From an uncultured Methanosarcinales archaeon (GTDB lineage Archaea > Nanobdellota > Nanobdellia > Woesearchaeales > CAZYIM01), in contig CAZYIM010000014.1 in NCBI GenBank assembly GCA_964647565.1, positions 1 to 59,641 on the forward strand: DNA of 59,641 nucleotides. Reading direction: 5' to 3'. The translations under genes were made by a program, and so were the position numbers. A model generated the notes under the pieces. That model saw nothing but the letters and a program-made list of their open reading frames with translations, was not told the DNA's origin and did no database searches. Positions 30,193 through 39,519 of the stretch are shown piece by piece. Each line of letters begins with the position of its first letter. Positions within the stretch are counted from its first letter, which is position 1.

Positions 30193-30983
30193 CTGAACTA
30201 ATCAAGGCTGGAAGCGGGAAAAAGAAGAAAAAAGCTAAGATAAAGGTCAAGGTAGATGGCAAGCTGATAAGATTGGCTGATTTTAATCATAGGATTGATG
30301 ATCACAATGAATTATGGGGAACCTCTAACGTAGACAAGCAATATTCTACAATTTCAGAACGCGCATATTTTGTTAGGACCAATGGTTTTGTAAGACAGAA
30401 TGATTATGGAGAGGAAGCTGCTTATTTTAACATAATTAAAGGCATAAAACCTGATTTTGTGAATTTATGTTCCTTTGCAGATGTGATGAGATTTTCATTT
30501 GATAAGAATATGCTGATTGAGAGTAAAACAACAAGATTCTATGCATTTGCAGGCTTGAAGGATTATCCAGAGATAGAATTAATCGAGCTTAGGATTCCCT
30601 TTGTAAAGAAAAAGATGCGACAATCTGTGATTAAAGGAGGCTTGGCATGGAACTATCATGAATACCTGGTTCCGGGAGTGTTCAATGGAAAGACACAAGT
30701 GGAGGATTATTCTTTGCAGATAATATTTTCTCCGATGCAGACAGCATTATTCCACCGTTCAATAGGCGAACCCGAACCGGATTATAAGACCAGTCTCCTA
30801 ATACCTATGTTCAATTCAGATAAAAGAATACCTGAAGTCTTAAGGAAAAAAGAAGGCCACATATTTGTATTTAATAATTATGAAACACATTCAAAACTTA
30901 GCTATTATGATGTGGCTGACACGATGAAGACTCTAGAGACCAAGCTAAAGACAGCTATAAAAAACTATGGAATGAGAATATGA
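30189..30983 (+). CDS. Array paralog 39 (264 aa)
   Basis: Leader MTELIKAGSGKKKK; YPEIELIEL and SLLIPMFNSD match 36. Confidence 0.9.
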   Translation: MTELIKAGSGKKKKKAKIKVKVDGKLIRLADFNHRIDDHNELWGTSNVDKQYSTISERAYFVRTNGFVRQNDYGEEAAYFNIIKGIKPDFVNLCSFADVMRFSFDKNMLIESKTTRFYAFAGLKDYPEIELIELRIPFVKKKMRQSVIKGGLAWNYHEYLVPGVFNGKTQVEDYSLQIIFSPMQTALFHRSIGEPEPDYKTSLLIPMFNSDKRIPEVLRKKEGHIFVFNNYETHSKLSYYDVADTMKTLETKLKTAIKNYGMRI

Positions 30984-31753
30984 AAGAACTAATCGAAGCA
31001 GGACCTGGCAAGATAAAGAAAAAGAGACGGGTAGATAATATTCCCTATTCAGTCTTCATGGAAGGAGTCATTGATCTTAATAAGAGGACCTTGGGATTGA
31101 TCAATCCATTCAAGCAGCAAAAATATGTGAACAGGTTAGCCTATAAACTAGACGTGGATGGGGAGATCCTTCCCCAAGGATTTGGCCCTGTTAATTTCAC
31201 ATTCAAAGTCTCAGATAGGTCTGAAAAGAAGATAGGAGAGATTTTAAATCCGTTCAAGGGCGGTAAATACGATGTAAATCTTAATGATGGAGATTATATT
31301 TTTACCACAATGTATGTACCGAGATACCCTGGTATTGAGTTAGTCCGGATGAAAATTGCATCGTTCAATCCAGGCCCGATAAACAGTGAAGAGAGAGATA
31401 AGAAATATTGGTTAAAATCTGCACATCAGGCGCCTCTTCCAGATGACATGACGCTTTTCATCCTATTCAAAAAATTGCTTCCTGAAGCACACATCAGATA
31501 TGGATTGATGCTGCCCCTGACCATATGTGACTCTGCATTGCCTGAAAATCTAGATCATAACTATGGCCATGCTATCGAGATCCAGTTTTCCAAACTATAC
31601 CGCCATAAAGAGTATATTGTTCATGGAAAATATTTCAACTTTTATGATTTTTCAAGCTCATTTGAGAACGGGCTCAAGATTGCACTTAATCATCATGAAA
31701 AGATGTTCAGAACTAATCAACCGACTTACGAGGAAGCTATCAAAAAGACATAA
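30980..31753 (+). CDS. Array paralog 40 (257 aa)
   Basis: Leader EAGPGKIKKK; DDMTLFILFKK; close to 42. Confidence 0.9.
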   Translation: MKELIEAGPGKIKKKRRVDNIPYSVFMEGVIDLNKRTLGLINPFKQQKYVNRLAYKLDVDGEILPQGFGPVNFTFKVSDRSEKKIGEILNPFKGGKYDVNLNDGDYIFTTMYVPRYPGIELVRMKIASFNPGPINSEERDKKYWLKSAHQAPLPDDMTLFILFKKLLPEAHIRYGLMLPLTICDSALPENLDHNYGHAIEIQFSKLYRHKEYIVHGKYFNFYDFSSSFENGLKIALNHHEKMFRTNQPTYEEAIKKT

Positions 31754-31758
31754 ATAAT

Positions 31759-31775
31759 GTTTCAGGTGGAATATG
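31759..31775 (+). promoter_or_regulatory. Intergenic motif GTTTCAGGTGGAA(A)TATG containing an RBS; second copy near 33341-33358
   Basis: Same motif in both ~20-bp gaps, following the related paralogs 40 and 42. Confidence 0.7.
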
Positions 31776-32582
31776 AAAGAAAAACTAATCGAAGTAGGAA
31801 GTGGAAAAAAGAAGAAAATCGCAAAGGCTGTTAAGAAAAAAGCTAGTTTGATGACTCGAGTCAAATGGTGTACATCTTATGAGCTGTATTATATGGATGC
31901 TTTTGATTTAAGCGGTCGATTGCAATGGATCGCACCGTTTTATACTACTAATACTTTCTATAATAAATTCGATAAAATTGAAAATAGCAGAACTGGAAAT
32001 CCACTTTATATTGCCCATCCAGAAAGGTACAATTTGGATGTTGGGGTTAATGCATCCCATGAACCGCCTGCGATAGAATTTATTGTGAATGATCTTCTTA
32101 AGGTTTCCAAAACAGTTAATATTACATATAAAAACCATTCTGTCTTGTTAATCAAGCCTTCAGAACAATATCCAAAAATAAAATACGCAGTTTTTTGCAG
32201 CGATTCTCAAATTATTAAAAATTCGGAAAACAATAACATAGAAAGACGTTATTATCCAATCCTCAATATTATTTTTTACAATGCTAAAGGATTATTTGTT
32301 GTTATGAATGACATGATTTCAGCTCAAGAAATATTCTCCGAAGGCTTTTTCAAGAAGGAAAAAAACATTCCCTTAATACAGAATCATCCCTATAGTATAT
32401 TTCATATCAAAAGGATGTCTGCACCACCTTCGATAGACTGTATTAATTCATATTCAGATTATCAATCCTTGCAAAAAGGAGTAAATAATGCTGTAAAAAA
32501 GTACGGAGGTACTAAGCAGCGAGCTGCTGGTACCTCGAAAAATAAAACATATTTTGGAGGTAAGAAATGGTATCCGTTTTAG
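31773..32582 (+). CDS. Array paralog 41 (269 aa, divergent core)
   Basis: AGGTG RBS; leader EVGSGKKKK; YPKIKYA, LNIIF and SLQKGVNNAVKKYG retained. Confidence 0.85.
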   Translation: MKEKLIEVGSGKKKKIAKAVKKKASLMTRVKWCTSYELYYMDAFDLSGRLQWIAPFYTTNTFYNKFDKIENSRTGNPLYIAHPERYNLDVGVNASHEPPAIEFIVNDLLKVSKTVNITYKNHSVLLIKPSEQYPKIKYAVFCSDSQIIKNSENNNIERRYYPILNIIFYNAKGLFVVMNDMISAQEIFSEGFFKKEKNIPLIQNHPYSIFHIKRMSAPPSIDCINSYSDYQSLQKGVNNAVKKYGGTKQRAAGTSKNKTYFGGKKWYPF

Positions 32583-33334
32583 AAGATCCAATTCCAGCAC
32601 CTTCTGGCAGGAAGCCAAGAAGAACAAAGAAGATAGTTAAGATTCCAGACTCTGCCTTCAGAAAAGAGATCATTAACTTTGGCAAGAGACATTTTGGTTA
32701 TATCAACCCTTACAAGAAAGAGAAACAGCTTGAGAGAATCTTATCAAGGATTGATAGAGATGGGACTGAGATCAATGAAGATTTTCCAGACTATAATTTT
32801 GCCTACAAGGTTGCTAAAAACAAACAATTATCCATGAAAGAGCTTGTTTTGCCTTTGTTTGAGGGTGGAAAATATTCAGAATTTCGCTGGTCTGGAACCT
32901 ATGAGTTTTTATTCAAGGATATTGAAAGATACCCTAATATTGAGTTGGCTAAACTGATCCTGCCTGTATTCTGGGTTGGTCCTGTCAATGATGAGGCTAG
33001 GAGTGAGAAAGACTGGCGAGGCGCCCACAAGGCTCCGTTAATTGATGATATGACCTTATTCATCCTTTTCAAGAAAGTGCCCAAAGATATCAAGATAAGA
33101 TACGGCATCATGGTCCCATTGACATATTGTGATCCCCGTATACCTGAGGATCCAAAATACAGCTATGGACATGCAGTTGAAATGCAGTTCGTACAATCAC
33201 ACTTGGCCAGTGGACATTATTTCAATATATATGAATATTCGAAAGATTTTGTGAACGGAATGAAGATTGCAATAAGAAATTACGAAAGGTTGTTCAAAGA
33301 CAAAAATATCAGGATTCCTTTTGCAAGGATTTAA
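32567..33334 (+). CDS. Array paralog 42 (255 aa)
   Basis: GGAGGT RBS; leader APSGRKPRR; core VPLTYCDPRIP..YGHA. Confidence 0.9.
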   Translation: MVSVLEDPIPAPSGRKPRRTKKIVKIPDSAFRKEIINFGKRHFGYINPYKKEKQLERILSRIDRDGTEINEDFPDYNFAYKVAKNKQLSMKELVLPLFEGGKYSEFRWSGTYEFLFKDIERYPNIELAKLILPVFWVGPVNDEARSEKDWRGAHKAPLIDDMTLFILFKKVPKDIKIRYGIMVPLTYCDPRIPEDPKYSYGHAVEMQFVQSHLASGHYFNIYEYSKDFVNGMKIAIRNYERLFKDKNIRIPFARI

Positions 33335-33355
33335 AATTAAGTTTCAGGTGGAAAT

Positions 33356-34138
33356 ATGAAAGAGAAATTAATAGATGCCCCTAGCGGCAAGAAGAAGAAG
33401 CGTCCAAAGTCACTCAGGGCTGCTTATCGTAAGTTAAATGTCGTTTCACAAGAAGATTATAGACAGAGGACTAAGGATTTTAATCCGGGAATTGTATTAG
33501 ACATCAAAACCCACATGGATATGTACAAGCAGCGTATCAAGCTAAGAGTGTCCGGTAAAAGAATGAAGCAAGGCGCTCTTTCTGGTTTGCAATGCTTCCA
33601 GCCAGAGGTTCTTGAAAAATATGGCTTTACAAGGCTTGATCTGCTTGTTGAAAAGGTATTCAAGGGATCTAGATTCATTATAAATTCAACGCCTTCAATG
33701 ATTGAATATATAATTGCTCCAACCATATTCAACCATACTTCAACATCCATGGCCTATTTACGATTGCCTCAGGTGGAAACTGTTACTGACGGAAAAGACT
33801 ACAAGATTCTTGAAAACACCAACCAATGTGTTTTGAATGTCATGATAAAGCCATTTACACACTGGTCTACGCATCGAAACAGTTATATTATTCCATTGGA
33901 TGCAAAGGATGCCCTATCTCCCAAGAAAAAAGATTTTGATGGTAAAGTTCGAAAAGCAGGGCATGACAGGGATTTCTATGCCCATCTATTGCTTGCTGCT
34001 ATTGATACTGATAAAGGTTCTATAAAATATGAATACGCTGACGGCTTCTATTCCTACAAGGGTCTGGAAGCTGGATTCATTAATGTAATGCACGTGCTCG
34101 GAGGTCTTAATCTGTATGTCCCAAAAAAACGTGATTGA
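33356..34138 (+). CDS. Array paralog 43 (260 aa)
   Basis: AGGTG RBS; leader APSGKKKK; related to 57 and 59 (IPLDAKD, FYAH). Confidence 0.9.
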   Translation: MKEKLIDAPSGKKKKRPKSLRAAYRKLNVVSQEDYRQRTKDFNPGIVLDIKTHMDMYKQRIKLRVSGKRMKQGALSGLQCFQPEVLEKYGFTRLDLLVEKVFKGSRFIINSTPSMIEYIIAPTIFNHTSTSMAYLRLPQVETVTDGKDYKILENTNQCVLNVMIKPFTHWSTHRNSYIIPLDAKDALSPKKKDFDGKVRKAGHDRDFYAHLLLAAIDTDKGSIKYEYADGFYSYKGLEAGFINVMHVLGGLNLYVPKKRD

Positions 34139-34886
34139 TGCTGGAAGCGGGAAGAGAAAGAAGATGAAGAAAGCAGATAGAGTTATCCAAGCTGGTGGTG
34201 AAGAGGTTTTGCTTTCTAACTATGTAAAACGCTTTTTACCTCATGAGCATGATTATGGAAACCGCAAGCTGCTTGATCAGCAGATGCTGGAGATCGTCAG
34301 GGAAGAAGGCACGATCATGAAAAAAGGCAGGATAGATACCAATGCATTCTTTTATGAGCATCCTGAATCTTATGACAATCACCATTTTACTCGTGTTGAC
34401 AAGCTGGTCACAGAACTGTTCATAGGCTGCAAGGGTTATTTTGATTCTGTGGCTTATAATCTGAACCTTGCAAGATACAAATTATATATTGCTGATGTTC
34501 CTGGATTTCATAATGTTGAAATGGCAGTGCTCACATTCCCATCAAACTTACATCCTGCCAATATGCTTGAAAGAAGCATTTTCTATAATGAAACTACAGA
34601 TCTCTTTCCTATGGATGCAGATGAACTGGGTCTGCATGTGCTCTTCAAGAAAGAAAAGAATGATAAGGGCTATAGAAAAGGATTATTTGTTCCGTTTGCA
34701 AGGCCAGAAGACTTGGTTCTGCAAGAGCTCAAAGACAAGCACCATCTCTTCAATGTTTTTTATTATCCTAGCAATTATGTAATTGGCAAAGAAATGATGA
34801 TTTATGGATATGGCAATGTCTACAGCTTCTTCAGCCATCTCAAATTAGGTTTTACAGAAGCCATAAAATCGAGGGGGTTCAAATGA
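34116..34886 (+). CDS. Array paralog 44 (256 aa)
   Basis: GGAGGT upstream; leader DAGSGKRKK; core LHVLFKK..GLFVPF..HLF. Confidence 0.9.
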   Translation: MSQKNVIDAGSGKRKKMKKADRVIQAGGEEVLLSNYVKRFLPHEHDYGNRKLLDQQMLEIVREEGTIMKKGRIDTNAFFYEHPESYDNHHFTRVDKLVTELFIGCKGYFDSVAYNLNLARYKLYIADVPGFHNVEMAVLTFPSNLHPANMLERSIFYNETTDLFPMDADELGLHVLFKKEKNDKGYRKGLFVPFARPEDLVLQELKDKHHLFNVFYYPSNYVIGKEMMIYGYGNVYSFFSHLKLGFTEAIKSRGFK

Positions 34887-35611
34887 CAAAGATAACAGGT
34901 ATTGGAAAAAGGAAGAAAGAAGATAATAAACCTAAAGACGAAATAATCCTACACCCATTCACAGGAAGAAAACCCAGAAGGAAACTGAAGAAAGAGCTTC
35001 ATGGTATATTGCATCCTTTCAAGCACAAAGACTCCATCAAAGAAATTATCAACGAGATCGATGAGAAAAATCAATATTTTGGAGATAATACAGTTAATGA
35101 GAAGACATCTTTATTTGTGAAAGATTGGATAGGTAAAGAGCCGGTCGCAATGAAGGATCTGGCTTTCAAGATATTAGGATATGCTAAGTATCTAAGGTCG
35201 CATCAAAGTGTATACGTGAAATATTATGCAACAGAGCTACCCTATCTGTCCCAGGTGGAGCTTGCAATGTTAACAATTCCCCCAGGAAGTATTGTTGAAT
35301 GTTTGAATAGGAATGATAAGAAGACAAAAAGTATGTGGGGATTCATGCAGAATACCTTTTACAGGGAAGTTGAAGAGTTTACATTGAACCTTATCTTCAA
35401 GCAGTATAATCCTAAGAGTCGGAAAGCTAGAGGACTTCTCATACCTTTCTGCGCATGGGATAGCAGGATCTTGAAAAAACACCAGCGCCAGCTTGGCCAT
35501 GCATTCCTATTGACATACACACCAAAGAAAGTAGAATTCGAATATATCAACCTATACAATTATGCAGATTCTATTCCACAAGCAATTAATAACATAAACG
35601 AGGTAATGTGA
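34883..35611 (+). CDS. Array paralog 45 (242 aa)
   Basis: Two leader-like motifs (GIGKRKK, FTGRKPRR); core GLLIPFCAWDSRI..GHAF. Confidence 0.9.
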   Translation: MTKITGIGKRKKEDNKPKDEIILHPFTGRKPRRKLKKELHGILHPFKHKDSIKEIINEIDEKNQYFGDNTVNEKTSLFVKDWIGKEPVAMKDLAFKILGYAKYLRSHQSVYVKYYATELPYLSQVELAMLTIPPGSIVECLNRNDKKTKSMWGFMQNTFYREVEEFTLNLIFKQYNPKSRKARGLLIPFCAWDSRILKKHQRQLGHAFLLTYTPKKVEFEYINLYNYADSIPQAINNINEVM

Positions 35612-35612
35612 A

Positions 35613-36404
35613 ATGACTGAAAAAGATGACATAATCCATAACACTGAATCTGGCAGGAAGCCAAGGAGAAGACTCAAGGATGAGAAACAGCCAGAGAACA
35701 ACATGTGCCTGGATGCATTTTTGGGATCCCATAAAAATGAAGATAACAATCTTACAATGGCTCAGAGGGATGGATATCTTTGGTGCAGTTCCTTTAGGAC
35801 TATACTTAGATATAAACAGAATAAAGGTTTATCAGGAAATTTAGGCACAAACGTCATAGGCTATTGTCTATATTCTATTGGAGATGAGCTTAATGGGAAT
35901 AAGGAATCAGACATTCCTTTTGGTTCGATCCTTAATAATTTAGATAATAATTATTTAAGGCTCACAGAAAAAAGGGATACACACTATATTTGTTATTATT
36001 TGAATAACGCTAATATAGATGATAAAGACAGCCATGAATTTGCGTTTGCACGGGTAACTATACCTCGTGAAACAAATGAAGAGTTTCTCCTTGATGCTGC
36101 TGGTGGAGGGATTAAATATATTGAGAAGATTGAGCAGGACACTTACAATATGTATTTCTTTTTTTATAATAAAGAGGGGAAGATTTCTGATGAGGCGTTG
36201 TTTATCCCGCTGTTGAAGACTGATTCAAGGATCCCTGAAGATAAAAAATCTTTTGCAATGAACGGTTTCACTGCAACCTTGAAGAAATTTCCTTCATTTG
36301 AGATTGAATATCAACCGTATGTTCACGTAGTATCAGAACAAGGACTTTTGGCGTCGTTTAATGATATTGTAAAACACTTCAAAGGTGAACAGCTCGATGA
36401 CTAA
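35613..36404 (+). CDS. Array paralog 46 (263 aa)
   Basis: GAGGT RBS; leader MTEKDDIIHNTESGRKPRR; ALFIPLLKTDSRIP; trio with 47 and 48. Confidence 0.9.
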   Translation: MTEKDDIIHNTESGRKPRRRLKDEKQPENNMCLDAFLGSHKNEDNNLTMAQRDGYLWCSSFRTILRYKQNKGLSGNLGTNVIGYCLYSIGDELNGNKESDIPFGSILNNLDNNYLRLTEKRDTHYICYYLNNANIDDKDSHEFAFARVTIPRETNEEFLLDAAGGGIKYIEKIEQDTYNMYFFFYNKEGKISDEALFIPLLKTDSRIPEDKKSFAMNGFTATLKKFPSFEIEYQPYVHVVSEQGLLASFNDIVKHFKGEQLDD

Positions 36405-37370
36405 AATAATCGATAATCCCGAATCAGGCAGGAAGCCAAGGAGAAGACTCAAAGATGAGAAACAGCCAGAGAACAATATGTGCCTGGATGCTTTTCTGGA
36501 AGCCCATAAAACTGAAGATAACAATCTTACAATGGCTCAGAGGGATGGCTATCTCTGGTGTTCTTCATTCAGGAAGATACTTCAGACAAGAAATGAAATG
36601 AATTTACAAGGAAATACTGGATACAAAGAATTAGGATTTGGAATCTCTCCAATAATGGATGAGATCCACCGGTCCCCGAATTTGAACAATCCTAAAACCT
36701 TTGGAAAGATATGTGATTATTTTTACAATTTAGGACCTATATATTCAGAAAAACATGAGACATACTTTGAGTCCTATCAGATTAGAAGTGCACGTGAAAA
36801 GAAAGGTAAAAAATCACTTTTTGCATTTGCCAGAGGAAATCTGCCTCGAAATTTAAGATATGGACTAATAACAAATGCAGCAGGAGAAAAACAAAGATCC
36901 ATACAAGAGCTTGAGCAGGATACCTATAACTTTTATTTCTTTTTCTATAGAAAAGATGGTAGCATCTCTGATAGAGCACTGTTTATACCTATGCTAAATA
37001 CAGATGCAAGGATCCCTGAAGATAAAATGCATTATGGGCTTCTTGCCTTTTCTGCAACCTTGAAGAAGTTCCCAACATTGGAAATTGAATATGAATCACA
37101 TTCTGAGTGTCCATCTGACTATGACACTCTAAAACAGTTTAAAGGTATAATAAAGGAGTTCAGAGATGAAATTTGGGAGGAGACGATCAAATGACTGAAA
37201 TAATCGATAATCGAGAATCTGGCAGGAAGCCAAGGAGAAGACTCAAGGATGAGAAACAGCCAGAGAACAATTTCTGTATAGATGCTTATTTGGAATCAAA
37301 AAAACCAGAAGAAAACAATAAGACAATGGCTCAAAGGGACAGTTATATGTGGTGTTCATCCTTTCGAAAG
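35646..37370 (+). repeat. Three copies of a ~150-bp 5' block (starting 35646, 36421, 37215)
   Basis: gaatc.ggcaggaagccaaggagaagactcaa.gatgagaaacagccagagaacaa... shared by paralogs 46-48. Confidence 0.88.
36397..37194 (+). CDS. Array paralog 47 (265 aa)
   Basis: Start moved to MTKIIDNPESGRKPRR after AGGTGA; first ~55 aa nearly identical to 46. Confidence 0.9.
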   Translation: MTKIIDNPESGRKPRRRLKDEKQPENNMCLDAFLEAHKTEDNNLTMAQRDGYLWCSSFRKILQTRNEMNLQGNTGYKELGFGISPIMDEIHRSPNLNNPKTFGKICDYFYNLGPIYSEKHETYFESYQIRSAREKKGKKSLFAFARGNLPRNLRYGLITNAAGEKQRSIQELEQDTYNFYFFFYRKDGSISDRALFIPMLNTDARIPEDKMHYGLLAFSATLKKFPTLEIEYESHSECPSDYDTLKQFKGIIKEFRDEIWEETIK

Positions 37371-37964
37371 ATTCTGACAGATAAGTTGATAACAGAGTCG
37401 TTTGATATGGGCAAGTCAGTTGTTAAGAATTTCGTAACTCCCTTATGGGCGGATGTTGACAATGATAAGGATCTTATTGTTCCAATTGACCATCTTTGTA
37501 CTGAGTTATTTCATAACAAGGCCTATTTATACGAGGAACATGAATCATACAGGGTCTATTATTTTTCAGGTTATAATTCAGATACAACGCCCTCTGATAC
37601 CACTTTCTCATTTGCCCGGCTTACTCTTCCTTTAGTTCAGAATGAGGGATTCTGGAAAAATCCTAATAAAGAGCAATTAAAATATATCGAAAACCTTGAA
37701 CAGGATGTCTATAATCTTTACTTCTTTTTTCCTAATGAGGATGGGAGTATTTCCGATAAGGCCTTGTTTGTGCCGATGTTAAAGTCAGATGCAAGAGTAC
37801 CCAAAGCTAAGAAAGGATATTCCTGGTTTGCATTCACTGCCACTTTGAAGAAATTTCCCACCTTGGAAATTACATATGAGCAACATTCTCAAAAAAAATT
37901 CCAAAAACAACTAGATAAAAAATTCCAGGATTATGTCTGGAATTTTGGAGGTAGTATATGGTGA
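37191..37964 (+). CDS. Array paralog 48 (257 aa)
   Basis: Start moved to ATGA overlap 37191; ATLKKFP shared with 46 and 47. Confidence 0.9.
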   Translation: MTEIIDNRESGRKPRRRLKDEKQPENNFCIDAYLESKKPEENNKTMAQRDSYMWCSSFRKILTDKLITESFDMGKSVVKNFVTPLWADVDNDKDLIVPIDHLCTELFHNKAYLYEEHESYRVYYFSGYNSDTTPSDTTFSFARLTLPLVQNEGFWKNPNKEQLKYIENLEQDVYNLYFFFPNEDGSISDKALFVPMLKSDARVPKAKKGYSWFAFTATLKKFPTLEITYEQHSQKKFQKQLDKKFQDYVWNFGGSIW

Positions 37965-38785
37965 GCGGAACAAGATTAGCAGGACCTCCAGGTCCTATGC
38001 CTAGATTCAAGTCGCTTGTCTTTAAAGATAGTATTAGGGATGAGCCTAGATCTGGCAAGAAAAAGAAAGCTAAGAAGATAAGAGGCTTTTACCAGGGAGA
38101 AATATTTGTACCTCTTGAAGATTATTCTACAGACAGCCATTGGAATTTTGGTACCAACTGGGTCTATAAGACCTCTAGGAAAAAAATAAGGGCACATGTG
38201 AAAAATATTGCCTATGAAAAATATACGTTTGGTCGGGGTGCTATTGAGCTGAATCCGATTATCGAAGAGAATAAAAATTATCTTAATGTTAAATATATTT
38301 TTGAAAAAATATTCAGGCGAGCTTACTGTTCTATAGAAGTAGATAAGGGCATAGAGCACTATTATTTGGATAAGACTCCTGGCCATCCAACCATTGACTT
38401 AATAATATTCCATCTTCCACAATCAGACCTAACAAAAGAGGAGACTCTTGATGAATTGGAAAGCAGGAAGGACTATATAGGCTATTATCAATTGAAAAAC
38501 AGCTCTTTAAGCATGAGTGTTATTTTCAAGCCCAAAAGAGGCTCTGATATAGAAGGCCTTTTTATGCCATTTTATAATCAAGGCCTGATCATCCCACGAG
38601 AAAAACATCTGGGCAATAAGATTGCGACTGGTCTTGAAGATGCTTATGCACATCTCTTTACAGTCCATAAACGAAAAGAGCTGAAATCACATCACCTGTT
38701 CAAATACTATAATGTCTATAGCAATGAGGATGGTCTCGAAAGAGGACTTCTAAAAGCTATCAATAACAGGGGGTTGAAACAATGA
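37958..38785 (+). CDS. Array paralog 49 (275 aa)
   Basis: GGAGGT RBS; Pro-rich extension then PRSGKKKK; close to 50. Confidence 0.9.
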   Translation: MVSGTRLAGPPGPMPRFKSLVFKDSIRDEPRSGKKKKAKKIRGFYQGEIFVPLEDYSTDSHWNFGTNWVYKTSRKKIRAHVKNIAYEKYTFGRGAIELNPIIEENKNYLNVKYIFEKIFRRAYCSIEVDKGIEHYYLDKTPGHPTIDLIIFHLPQSDLTKEETLDELESRKDYIGYYQLKNSSLSMSVIFKPKRGSDIEGLFMPFYNQGLIIPREKHLGNKIATGLEDAYAHLFTVHKRKELKSHHLFKYYNVYSNEDGLERGLLKAINNRGLKQ

Positions 38786-39519
38786 GTGAGATAATCGATG
38801 CGCCTTCTGGCAAGAAGAAGAAAGTCAAGAAGATAAAAGGCTTTTATCAAAAAGAGAAGTTTGTGAAGATCGAAGATTATTCTACAACTGCCTATTGGAA
38901 TCTTGGAACTAGTTGGACCAAGAAAGCCACAAGAGAACATGTTAGGGAATGGATGAAGCAGTTTCCTTATGAATACAAATCTTTTGGAAAAGATACTATT
39001 GAGTTAAATCCTTTCATTAAAGGTCATCCTGCTTATATAAATATTAAACCTGTTGCTGAACAAATATTTTATCAAGCAGGGTGTAGGAAAACTAAAGATA
39101 ACGCTCTTGATTGTTATTATATGGATCAATTTCCACAATCGCCGAATCTTGACATGGTTCTATTATACCTTATTCAAGCAGAAATTAGTCGCGACAGGAT
39201 CGTTAAGACAGATTATTTCAGTTTGATGGACGATAGCATGCACTTGAATATAATTTTCAAACCACAAAAAGGGTCTGATATTGAAGGTCTTTTTATACCA
39301 TTATCCCATGAAGGTCGGATAATTCCTAAAGAAAGATCGTTTGTTCATAATTTCATAGCAACTGGCCTTGAGGGTGCTTATGCACACATCTTTACAGTTC
39401 ATAAGAATAGGGAGCAAAAGGATCATCAAATCTTCAAATATTATGGAGTATATGGCAACGAAGACTCATTTGAAAGAGGCCTAAAAGAGGCTATCAATAA
39501 CAGGGGGTTGAAACCATGA
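38782..39519 (+). CDS. Array paralog 50 (245 aa)
   Basis: Leader APSGKKKK; GSDIEGLF, IATGLE and AINNRGLK shared with 49. Confidence 0.9.
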   Translation: MSEIIDAPSGKKKKVKKIKGFYQKEKFVKIEDYSTTAYWNLGTSWTKKATREHVREWMKQFPYEYKSFGKDTIELNPFIKGHPAYINIKPVAEQIFYQAGCRKTKDNALDCYYMDQFPQSPNLDMVLLYLIQAEISRDRIVKTDYFSLMDDSMHLNIIFKPQKGSDIEGLFIPLSHEGRIIPKERSFVHNFIATGLEGAYAHIFTVHKNREQKDHQIFKYYGVYGNEDSFERGLKEAINNRGLKP

